DNA of 64,000 nt from Anthoceros angustus (Eukaryota; Plantae; Anthocerotophyta): assembly GCA_010909165.1 (NCBI GenBank), contig MU008202.1, forward strand, positions 186,001 to 250,000, in the 5' to 3' direction. The stretch's first letter is position 1; each line of letters begins with the position of its first letter. Below, one piece after another: positions 1-12,763 of the stretch. The position numbers were made by a program, and so were the translations under genes. The notes beneath the pieces are model-generated. The model did not search any database, had not been told where the DNA came from, and was given only the letters and a program-made list of their open reading frames with translations.

Positions 1-180
1 CCTGGCATGGATTTAGGAGCCCAGTATCCCATTGTCCCTACGCATTCCTGCACTTGAGGTTAGCCTGACTTGAATCACACAATCCTACAAAGCTTTGCTT
101 CCAAGGTCAAGTTGCTTCACATGCAGACTACGTTGCACCAGACAGTACTGTGTGTGCACTAACTTGCCCCTCGAGTGACT
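1..180 (-). pseudogene. Possible decayed 5' part of a PLS-PPR gene running off the window edge
   Basis: Minus-strand translation YCLVQRSLHVKQLDLGSKAL*DCVIQ...GILGS* resembles a first L motif (compare FYTLLKQCVGQKDLPLGRRVH at 38.0 kb) but has in-frame stops. Confidence 0.25.
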
Positions 181-1171
181 GTTTGGGAGAGCTTGTCCTT
201 GTCCATAGCAACTACCAGCCCAAATCACCCAATCGAGGAATAAAGCTGCCTCAGCTGCTGGGTCACGGCCGAATAGACTAGTCAATCCAGGCATGGACGG
301 TGTTGCGAGCTGCGATTCTTGATGGAAGCTTTTGCGAGAGGGCAGTGGAATTCGGCACTGGGTGGCAGCCCACAACACTCGCCTTCATCTGGCAGAGCTC
401 TGCGCGCTCACGATAACGAATGTTGAGCCTGAGAGAAATTTGTGATCGATCCACAGGCTCACGTTCTGGCTGTGCTTGCTCCTGCTCCTGACTATCCCAA
501 CTTCAACGCGTACGGCCTGTCAATGTGTCCTCGTTGCCATATCAATGGGTGCCGTTACGATCGCCATCGTATCCAAAACCGAGCCAACATTCATGGAGTC
601 ATGTTTCCGGCATCAATCACAGTTTTGAATCTTTATAGGTTAGATTTTATATTATCTGGTAATGAAAAAACCTTATATTTATAAAAAAATATAATATATA
701 AATAATTTTGAATAGTATGATTTCTTACAGCATAACTAAAAATATTTGAAAGGATACTCTAAATATTGCTTTGTTTACGAGGGTCGAAACTATATGCAAG
801 GTAGGTATAGAAATTGAAGGGATAGTGCCAGCTACAATAAGTTTGTATGATTATAAATTGTCATTGCGTGTGGTCCTGTATGGCCAATGCATTTGCTCCC
901 GCAAAAAGTGATAAAAAGCACCAACTTAGAACACGTATTACTAGGCAACTATTTAAAATATTACAGTGTAGTACAAGGCTGCACAATGAAATCATTAAAA
1001 AAATTTTGTCTAACGCTATTCGAGAATTTATGAGAGATTTTACAATACCTTTTCAATATCCATGAGGTTCAACTACCATTCAAAATTTTATCTTAGACCA
1101 ATATGTCACAAGGCATGTCAATATGATACAATGTGTTCTTGATTTGTTTGGTTATCAATTTGTATCTCACC

Positions 1172-1642
1172 ATGATTCCAAATATCTTCAAATTTCTTGG
1201 GCTTTTGCTTCACTTTTTTTACTTTTTTAAAATTACCAATGAGCAACCATTTGTATTTGACAGACATGGATGTTACAGACCTATATTGGATCCTTTAGAT
1301 ATAGGATTAGTTGTTATAAGATTTAATGTGATACAAATGTTACTAGAGATGTATAAGCTACCCAAACCAAGACCTCAACCAGATTCTTTGGAGTTTTATG
1401 TGCATACAAAGTTGCCTGAATTTGATGGAACACTATTCTGTCCGGATAACCCGCGTGATACACCACAACAATTACAAGCAAGGACAAAGCAATGTCATTC
1501 ATGCGTGGCATATGGGGTAGAGTTGCTGATGGACAAGTTATGTAAGTCTTACTCTAGTGCAAGTCTTTTATTCGATGAATGCTTCGTGGCTTATGAATAT
1601 GTTAAAATTGGAGGAGATTATTGTCCAATGCCGAAAAACTAA
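1172..1642 (+). CDS. Secreted cysteine-rich protein, single Gnk2/DUF26-like domain, intronless, 156 aa
   Basis: ATG at 1172; hydrophobic N-terminus MIPNIFKFLGLLLHFFYFF; C-terminal C-X17-C-X2-C...LC...ASLLFDECFVAYEY matches the DUF26 pattern C..C-X2-C...C...C-x3-YE; a decayed paralog lies at 3689-4161. Confidence 0.6.
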   Translation: MIPNIFKFLGLLLHFFYFFKITNEQPFVFDRHGCYRPILDPLDIGLVVIRFNVIQMLLEMYKLPKPRPQPDSLEFYVHTKLPEFDGTLFCPDNPRDTPQQLQARTKQCHSCVAYGVELLMDKLCKSYSSASLLFDECFVAYEYVKIGGDYCPMPKN

Positions 1643-2125
1643 ATTGTAAGAGGACAATCTATATCATTGGACGAATTTGGTAACCAAGTGGCAATGTTGA
1701 ATACATAATGAACAAAAGATCCATATTTCAATAAAATAAGTCACTTGAATTTTATCAATAATCTAAGTTTTTCCTTATTATTTCAATAATCTAAGGCTGT
1801 CCTTATAATTTTAGGAGACCCAACTTCCACTTTTATGGAGACCATGTACATCAAAACAAATACAAGTGATGTGATAGGTGGATCTCAACTTGTAAAACTT
1901 TGAGCATACTTGCAAAGTCTTCGGATCTTAGGAGTGAATTGTGTACTCTAAGCTTTCTATCCAAGAAATCTTGAAGAGAAGATTAGATGTCAACAATAAC
2001 AGCAAGAAATAGCGATTACTTAGGAAGCCAACGAAGCTATTACATGTTATAGTTTATATGGGTGGTCTCACAGGGAAGCGGGGGAGTTTGGCGTGCTCAT
2101 CAAATATCTAACAATATTGATTAGT

Positions 2126-2545
2126 CTAGCTTGGGCACAATGATAGGGGTACAACCTGTCCATCTTGGGCACAATGACGTCGAACAACCAGTCCATCTTG
2201 GGCATAGTGACATCAAACAACCAGTCCATCTTGGGCACAGTGACGTCGAACGATCGGTCCATCTTGGGCATAGTGACATCAAACAACCAGTCCATCTTGG
2301 GCACAGTGACATCGAACGACCGCTCCATCGACCGCTCTATCTTGGGCACAGTGACATTGAACGACCGGTCCATCTTGGGCATAGTGACATCAAACAACCA
2401 GTCCATCTTGGGCACAGTGACATCGAACGACCGCTCCATCGACCGCTCTATCTTGGGCACAGTGACATTGAACGACCGGTCCATCTTGGGCATAGTGACA
2501 TCAAACAACTAGTCCATCTTGGGCACAATGACACTGAACAACCCG
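2126..2545. repeat. Minisatellite, 33-bp unit (GTCCATCTTGGGCAYAGTGACATCRAACRACCA) with 45-bp variants, about 12 units, 111-bp higher-order period
   Basis: Units read directly; the 33+33+45 block recurs (CGCTCCATCGACCGCTCTATC at 2321 and 2432). Confidence 0.95.
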
Positions 2546-2961
2546 TCTCAAGCACGGTTAGGCCATCTCAGGCACGGTAACAGTAATCATAACCCACTCA
2601 GAATGCAAAACTTGCAGATGTTCAAAAATCCGAAAATGCGGATAGTTGAGAAGAAAGTTCGGAAGAAAAGCTTAGAAATCACATATATAGGATATTGAAG
2701 GCTATCCATTTCTAGAGACGAAATATGCTGCAATTGATCAAGGTCAAGGTGTAAATGCTTTTGTTCATTTTGTATGCTCGTAACTTTCCATCCTATAATG
2801 GTCATCAATCATTAGTAGATATTAACAATTCTTCTAGCTCTTCAAGGGTTAAAACTCATACAAGGCATAGAATTGCAAGGTAGATACTTTCTCTTAGCTC
2901 ATTTGACATGCTAGAGTAATTATGTACAGTTCTAAACTGTCCCTTCTAAACAACCAAAAAA

Positions 2962-3119
2962 TTTGCCGTTGCTGAAAGCACACGTATGTGTTAGAGAACA
3001 CTAATTTCTACATAGTTTGCTGTTACTAAAAGCACACGTATTACGGAACACCAATTTCCACTACGTTTGTTGTTGCTGAAAGCATACGTATTAGGGAATA
3101 CCAATTTAGAACACGTATT
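2962..3119. repeat. Three ~52-bp degenerate tandem repeats
   Basis: TTTGYYGTTRCTRAAAGCAYACGTAT at 2962, 3016 and 3066, each followed by GAAYACYAATTT. Confidence 0.85.
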
Positions 3120-3688
3120 CTGCTTGTACAATCACAATCATCAAGAAATCTATGTCTAACTATTTGAGAATTTGTGGCACATGTTTGTCTATACTTTTTC
3201 AATCATCCATGAGGTTCAACTACCAATTAAAATATTATAATATGGGAGCTTCAATATTACGAGAATAACATTTCACATTTAAAGAAATGAGATGCCAAAA
3301 TGTATGATATAATATTATACTATGTGCCTATGTTTACATGCATTGGTATATACTAGTTTGAGGTCGAAATGATCAAAGATCAAGTATGAAAATAGTATTA
3401 CGATTTTTGTTGGTGTTTGTTAAAAAGTAAATTTTATACTTTTGAGCAAAGACAAATTATTGGAAAAAAAATCTAATTAGAAAAAAAAATCTTATTAATA
3501 AAAATTCTTTACTGTAAGTAATGTTATCAATTAAATTTTACAAATTTAATTTGGAGAGAACGTGAAGAATTTATAAATATGCAGAGATGGAAAGTCCCAT
3601 CTACACCCGGGCGATGAGAACAACTCTCTAGAGGGCTCCAGGCCAAGGGGGACTACCCTATGTTATGATAATAGATATGTATCTCACC

Positions 3689-4161
3689 ATGATTGGAACT
3701 ATATTCAAATTTGCGGTTTTTTTTTATCTCATGCTTTCTACTTCTTTAGGATCACCAATGGGTAGTCCTTTGTATATAACAGACATGGATGTATTCAACC
3801 TATATTGGATCCTCTAGACATAGGATTAAGTATTAAACGATTCCACTTGCTACAAATGTTACTAGAGATGTACAAGCTACCCAAACCCAGACCTCATGGC
3901 AATGTTTTTGAGTTTTATGTCATAAAAAGTTGCCAGAATTTGAAGAAACACAATATTGTCCTGGTAGCTCACTTGATACATCCGAACAATTATAAGGTAG
4001 GACAAAGCAATGTCATTCATGTGTGGCTTATGGGGCAGGGTTGCTTATGGACAAGTTGTGGAAGTCTTACTTTGGTGCAACTGTTGTTTTAAAGGAATGT
4101 ATTGAGGCTTTATGACTATGCAAAAATTGGAGGAGATCATTGTCTAGTGCCGAGAAACTAA
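3689..4161 (+). pseudogene. Pseudogenised paralog of the 1172-1642 DUF26-like gene
   Basis: Colinear (LDPLDIGL, QMLLEMYKLPKPRP, RTKQCHSCVAYG, KIGGD) with TAG/TAA at Gln positions, a Cys->Trp change and frameshifts; upstream flank is also homologous (920-1085 vs 3100-3232). Confidence 0.8.
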
Positions 4162-4949
4162 ATCAAAATAGGAAAATCTATATCAAAATGGATTAAATTC
4201 TTCTATGTGATCTATATTCTTTTATCACCTCAATTTTATTCAAGTTTGTTATTGAGTTTTCTAGATAGAATTTAATGTAATTTGTATATAAATTATGAAA
4301 TTTAACATATGCAACTTCTCATATCCACATACTAAGATTGTAATATAATTCTAGTACTAGAATTGACAAAAGTTCAAATGATTTTTTCAACCAAGTACTC
4401 TATCTTTGTAAACCATGCATAATGGCCGTCCTTGAGGATGGTAGATTAAAAAACAAGGTTTGCATTCAAATTGCACTTAACAGTCTAGCAATAGAGTATT
4501 GTCAATGTGCACAAAGCTGTACTCCTAAGGAGACTATAAATCAAAACAAACGCAGAGCATGTGAACGGTAGACTGACTCATGTGGAAGTTCAAATGTATA
4601 AAATGAGGTAACATTCTCGTCACTATATTTTTAAGCATCTTAACTTATTTCTTAACTTGCATCTTAACAAGCTTACACCCTCTCCTTAGGTTATAAAGGG
4701 AGAAAGAAGAGGACTGCCAATGATACCGATGGTCACCATCCCTGCTCTGAATCAATCCAAGGACTATATGTGGTTCTGGTGACCGTCTCGGGTATGATAA
4801 CCTTGATATCACATGTCCACATGCACAAATGGTCTTATGACAACTTATTATTAAATGCAGATGCTCACCTTCCAGGTTGTGCATTTGCCGCCGACTTGGA
4901 ATCTGGCAGAAAAGTACACTCTTCTAAACTTGGTTGTTGGCACCTCCCC

Positions 4950-5730
4950 GGTGGACATGTATGCAAAATGTGGCAAACTGAAGATGAAGATGCAGGCCAG
5001 GGTTTTGACAGCACAGCCACGAAGGATGTTGTGATATGGAATGCCCTGATATTTGGTTACGGACACAGAATGTGGAGACAAGGAATGCCCTGATCGCTGG
5101 GTATGCCGAGCAAGGGCTTGGACATGAGGCACTTGTTATGGAATGCCCTGATTGCTGAGTATCTATACCAAATTTGGGGAAGTGAAACATGCACGCCAGG
5201 TTTTTGACAGCTTGAACACGAAGAATGTGGTGACGTGGAATGGCCTGATTGCTGGATATGCAGAGCAAGGACTCAGCCGATGGAGCAAGAGGGCCTCAGT
5301 TGGGCTAACCCTGTTACTTTTGCTTGCCTTTCTGAAGGCCTGTACAAGCACCGGTGGCTTACAGAAGGGCAGGCAGCTGCACTAACAGATTGCGGAAAGA
5401 GTGCTGTCGGATACCTCAGTGGCTGGCAACTGCCTGGTGGACAGTGTATGCAGAATGTGGTGAACCGGAAGACGCACGCCAGGGTTTTTGACACCACGAA
5501 CACATAGGATGTGGTGGCCCTGATAGCCGGGTGTGCTGAGCAAGCGCTCGGACCAAGAGGTGCTTGTTCTGCAAGGACAAATGGGGCCGGGGGGCCTGAC
5601 TATGTTACTTTTTGCATGCCTTGGGAAAGGCCTGTGGAAGCTCTGCTGCCTCACAGAAGGGCAGGCATCTGCACTTACAGACTGTTGAAAGAGGACTGCT
5701 GGATGAAGTGGTGGTGGGGAACTGCCCTGT
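4950..5730 (+). pseudogene. Decayed PLS-class PPR gene
   Basis: VDMYAKCG, KDVVIWNALIFGY, ARQVFDSLNTKNVVTWNGLIAGYAEQG and LKACTSTGGLQKGRQLH are spread over several frames with stops and frameshifts. Confidence 0.85.
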
Positions 5731-5840
5731 TCCTGTTCGTTTAGGGATTTGTCTCATATTTTCACAAAGGTGATACGATTCCTCGCGGAAGATGAATCCG
5801 TTTGGCGAGGAATGGTGGAAGGGAACGGGGGGTGTGAGAA

Positions 5841-5963
5841 AGCGGTTTCGGCGCGCCCATTGTGCAAGGAGCAGCGGTGGACGGCCGAACTCCGCGGCAG
5901 TTAAAATGGCCGCACTCCGCGGCAGTTGAACCTCCCTGGTTCCCCCCTGCTGGGCCGCACTCC
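5841..5963 (+). promoter_or_regulatory. Alpha-tubulin proximal promoter with duplicated ACTCCGCGGCAGTT (MYB core) and an RRCSGTT match
   Basis: AGCGGTT at 5841-5847; ACTCCGCGGCAGTT twice (~5889, ~5914), 180-300 bp upstream of the ATG. Confidence 0.35.
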
Positions 5964-6139
5964 CTGGAAGGTGGATGGTGGCCCTTCTGCGCTCGTCGCC
6001 CCCACCACGCCCCACCGCACAAGTGCAGTGCGCAGAGGCGTCGCCATCGCGATATCGATCGGATCCGGAGGCGCGCCTCCCGAATCGCACTTGATCCCGA
6101 TTCCACTACGCCGGATCGCCATCCCCATCCGCCGCCAAC

Positions 6140-7997
<1,858 letters not shown>

Positions 7998-9642
7998 GCC
8001 ATAGGTCATGTTGCTGTCCACGCTACACTTTTTCTGCACGCACCCATCAGGTTCACTCACATGTATGTGCACAATGCACCTTGGAACTGTTCAAGTTTCT
8101 TCTCCCTTCTCCCTTTCACACTTCAGCTCAGCTCAGCTCAGCTCAGCTGATCATGAGTCCCGGTGTAGTCATACATAGTGCCACTTTCTACATCGTCTTC
8201 CTCCTCTGGACACTCCAGCACTGCACTTTTAAGTTGGACTTTATTAAGTATGTATGTATTCAACTAGATCACACGACCGGTACATTTTACACATATTAAT
8301 TTTTTTAACAATTTTTACAATCTCCTTTAATGAGAAAATAAATTTTAAACAAATTTCCTAAAAATCACTTAAATATAACGATTCGTTAATTCTCTCTCTC
8401 TCGCATGTAGTAAACAACATGCTGCATATTTTACAACTTTGCATGCTTTCTGCTTTGGGGAGTCAATGCCGAATACTTCTGGAATAGAGAGAGCTTTCTT
8501 GCCGCAGGGGTGGGCACTTGTATCCCCAGCTTGTCCACAAGATTTTTTTCTTCATCTTGGATGGACTAGATTAGTTAGTTTATAGGACTATGATTAGTCA
8601 AATCTAAACTTCTAACTTATCTACTCCTTGCACCAACTATATCGATGCATCTTCCTTCTTGCCCTAAGTTGGCCTCCTTTACCTAGATCTACATATATCT
8701 CTATGCTTAGGGCCCATATGACCACTGATCAAAAGCCCTCATTACTTATCTTCATCAAGCCTAGATCTCTAGCCGTCTTGTCCATTCACGGCAACTGGCC
8801 GTGATATGTGGGATATTTTCTTCTCTTAAAATAAAAAGTCAAAGTATCATCTTTAAAACACACCAATCTTAGCTGGTTACATTATGTTTATATTCCTTTA
8901 GTGCTTCGCACAAGGGAACTTGACATGCCCCATGACATTGGTGAGAAGTGGACCTTTTAGTGTTTTGTTTTTTAAAATTTCATGATTGGTGATATTGTGT
9001 ATTTTTGGTGATATTGTAAACCAGTTTCGCCACACTTTAATTTTTGTTCTTACTGATCAGAAGAGACTTGTCAATATGGATTTGCCAAGTATATATTCAA
9101 AAGGGTTATATATATATTTTTGGTCATTTATATAGCGGGGAATTGAAGGTGAATGCCTTGGATTTACTACTTTTTGTGATTTTTTACTTTTTGATCTACT
9201 ATGGTCTCGAGGGCGGATTGGTAATTATATGGCAGAAAAGGCTAATTAGGTATAAATTTGCCAAGTGTATGTACAAAAGGGTTCTATATTTTTGTCATTT
9301 ATACATCGGGGAATTGGATGTGGATGCCTGTTATTGACTATTGTCTATGAAGTTTGCCTTCCGAGACACTATGGTCTCGAGTAAAAGTTTACAAGGATGA
9401 TGTAAACAGAATCTGTGGATTTATGGATTATGATGGTGGTTGCAAGCTTTTTGTAAATATTTGTACGAAAAGTGATTCGATTTTGCAGTATTAATCTATG
9501 TACTATCAATTGTATGAATAGTAATTTGATGTATGTATGAAAAACATAGGATGAGGCATAATTTGTGAACTAACTTTTTATTTTCTATGATGCAAGGGAA
9601 AAAGTTGAAAATAGGTTTAATCTCGTTTTTCAGTAATGTATT

Positions 9643-10483
9643 CTAGTCTGAATTGATGTTATGGTGCTTGTGGCAATAATCCCAGGCGACGTTGATTTGT
9701 GATAGATTCTGCTGTTTGAAGGAATGCTGCAAAGGCTTCCAGCGTTTTCTGCAACAGAAATTTAGGATCCGTTGCCCACTTTGAGGTAGCAGGTACCTTG
9801 TCTCTAGCTTCTTGATATGCTGGGTAGTCAAAGACAAAATGTTTCTCTTCTCCTATTGCTCTTGATTGGCATTGCTGGCAAATTCTCATAGCTCTTTCTT
9901 TTTCTTTCGTCTTGGTCACAACTTCCAGATAATGAGCCTCGCATCTAAATTTTGCCATTAGCTGTAGAAGGTTGATCCTTAGATAGCATTGAACAAAGTA
10001 TGCTATGCTCGCCTCACATCTAAATTTTGCCATTAGCTGTTGAAGGTTGATCCTTAGATAGCATTGAACAATGTATGCTCTAATGGGTGTTGTCGACATA
10101 GAGGGCTTTGTCCACCTTTAGAGGTTTGCTGGGCCACGTCGTTAATATGTAGCCCTTCTTAATATCTTCTGACCATATTGTGAGCTGTATTCACTGACCG
10201 GCTTTTCCATTTTCTATTGGAATTTGCTGCTCTGTGATTGCCAAGCTTGGTATCCTTTCACAACTCATTGACGTAATGCGTTGTACATACCTGGTGGTCT
10301 CTATGAAGCCGTGGATTTCAACTAAGTATTGTCCAAGTTCTGCTAATATGATTTCTCTTGGAGTTCTCTGCTTGATGTTGATCGAGTTCTCTCATCTAGC
10401 TCAGTTTTGTAATCTTAATTTGTATTAGCTTAAAGTGGGAAAAAAAGAACCAGGACAACTGTGGACTGTTCCTGCTTTGCCTT
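9643..10483 (-). mobile_element. Non-LTR retrotransposon (LINE) 3' remnant, copy 1
   Basis: IKQRTPREIILAELGQY...RYVQRITSM and MAKFRCEAHYLEV...RICQQC...EEKHFVFDYPAYQEAR resemble the post-RT region and C-terminal CCHC-type knuckle of LINE ORF2; internal 75-bp duplication near 9936-10070. Confidence 0.75.
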
Positions 10484-11208
10484 CTTCGCACAAGGAACTT
10501 GACATGCCCCATGACATTGGTGAGAAGTGGACCTTTAGTGTTTTGTTTTTAAAATTTCATGATTGGTGATATTGTGTATTTTGGTGATATTGTAAACCAG
10601 TTTCGCCACACTTTAATTTTTGTTCTTCGATCAAGAGACTTGTCAATATGGATTTGCCAAGTATATATTCAAAAGGGTTATATATATATTTTGGTCATTT
10701 ATATAGCGGGAATTGAAGGTGAATGCCTTGGATTTACTACTTTTGTGATTTTTACTTTTGATCTACTATGGTCTCGAGGGCGGATTGGTAATTATATGGC
10801 GAAAAGGCTAATTAGGTATAAATTTTGCCAAGTGTATGTACAAAAGGGTTCTATATTTTTGTCATTTATACATCGGGAATTGGATGTGGATGCATATTGA
10901 CTATTGTCTATGAAGTTTGCCTTCCGAGACACTATGGTCTCGAGTAAAAGTTTACAAGGATGATGTAAACAGAATCTGTGGATTTATGGATTATGATGGT
11001 GGTTGCAAGCTTTTTGTAAATATTTGTACGAAAAGTGATTCGATTTTGCAGTATTAATCTATGTACTATCAATTGTATGAATAGTAATTTGATGTATGTA
11101 TGACGAAAAACATAGGATGAGGCATAATTTGTGAACTAACTTTTTATTTTCTATGATGCAAGGGAAAAAGTTGAAAATAGGTTTAATCTCGTTTTTCAGT
11201 AATGTATT

Positions 11209-12046
11209 CTAGTCTGAATTGATGTTATGGTGCTTGTGGCAATAATCCCAGGCGACGTTGATTTGTGATAGATTCTGCTGTTTGAAGGAATGCCGCAAAG
11301 GCTTCCAGCTTTCGCAATGTAAATTTAGGATCCGTTGCCCACTTTGAGGTAGCAGTACCTTGTCTCTAGCTTCTTGATATGCTGGGTAGTCAAAGACAAA
11401 ATGTTTCTCTTCTCCTATTGCTCTTGATTGGCATTGCCGGCAAATTCTCATAGCTCTTTCTTTCTTTCGCCTTGGTCACAACTTCCGGATAATGAGCCTC
11501 GCATCTAAATTTTGCCATTAGCTGTAGAAGGTTGATCCTTAGATAGCATTGAACAAAGTATGCTATGCTCGCCTCACATCTAAATTTTGCCATTAGCTGT
11601 TGAAGGTTGATCCTTAGATAGCATTGAACAATGTATGCTCTGCTCTAATGGGTGTTGTCGACATAGAGGGCTTTGTCCACCTTTAGAGGTTTGCTGGGCC
11701 ACGTCGTTAATATGTAGCCCTTCTTAATATCTTCTGACCATATTGTATTTTGGTGATATTGTGTATTTTTCATTTTCTATTGGAATTTGCTGCTCTGTGA
11801 TTGCCAAGCTTGGTATCCTTTCACAACTCATTGACGTAATGCGTTGTACATACCTGGTGGTCTCTATGAAGCCGTGGATTTCAACTAAGTATTGTCCAAG
11901 TTCTGCTAATATGATTTCTCTTGGAGTTCTCTGCTTGATGTTGATCGAGTTCTCTCATCTAGCTCAGTTTTGTAATCTTAATTTGTATTAGCTTAAAGTG
12001 GGAAAAAAAGAACCAGGACAACTGTGGACTGTTCCTGCTTTGCCTT
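11209..12046 (-). mobile_element. LINE 3' remnant, copy 2
   Basis: Duplicate of 9643-10483 with additional frameshifts. Confidence 0.75.
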
Positions 12047-12763
12047 CTTCGGGCACATCATTTTCTCCCTGAGCTAGAACATACAGATTAATCTAGTTCA
12101 GTTTTATAATATATTATATAGATTATCTTACAGATATACCAGTCTTATGCATGGAACTTAATTCTATATATGATCTTAATTTTTACAATCTTGAAAAACA
12201 CATCAATCCTATCTAATCTAGTTTGGTTTTATCTTAGTTATGATCTTAGTTTCCTTGTAATGCACTTGTGAAGTACCTGCATAACCAGATTCTTTTCCAT
12301 TCTGATCCTGCCAGGCGGCACGCGGTCGTTGGAACACTGTGCACGGGGCATGAGCGACCGTTTAAAAAAATCTCACGAAAATATCGAGGAGGTGATGCTT
12401 TGTATGGAGTGTCAGTGGGTGCTGATCCATGATCCGGTTACGGGGAGTTAACGAGACTGACAGATTTTGTTTGTGTGAACGACTACCTAAAGTCCCAAGT
12501 GTACAAGAAAGCTCTTCCCACCGGCACTGTGGTTGTGTGTGGCGTCTTCTCGACGCCGGAAGTCCTTTGCAGTCTTCCTGGTTTATGTGGGTAGCTGGAT
12601 GTGTTGTGAATTCTGTGAAAACTAGGATTGTGACATTCTCCTTGTCGTTGTGCCCTGTTACGCTCCCCTGCCCCGTCGCATGATCGGGCTGAAGACCTGC
12701 TTCCAGGTTCCTTACACACTCACGCGTAGGTGTGTGTGAGCGAGGTTATAGAAACTGGCAGGA

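Larger units (their letters stand above)
8904..12051. repeat. Near-identical ~1.58-kb tandem duplication (8904-10483 and 10484-12046)
   Basis: Copies align end to end; CTTCG microhomology at 8904, 10484 and 12047. Confidence 0.97.

Noticed and set aside
2126-2545. CRISPR-like periodicity (33-bp units); likewise the 31-bp array at 30191-30345
   Set aside because: Units are contiguous with no unique spacers, there are no cas genes and the context is eukaryotic; these are minisatellites
9044-9337. Hydrophobic 97-aa ORF and its duplicate at 10559-10900
   Set aside because: The reading frame is not preserved between the two copies; T-rich non-coding composition
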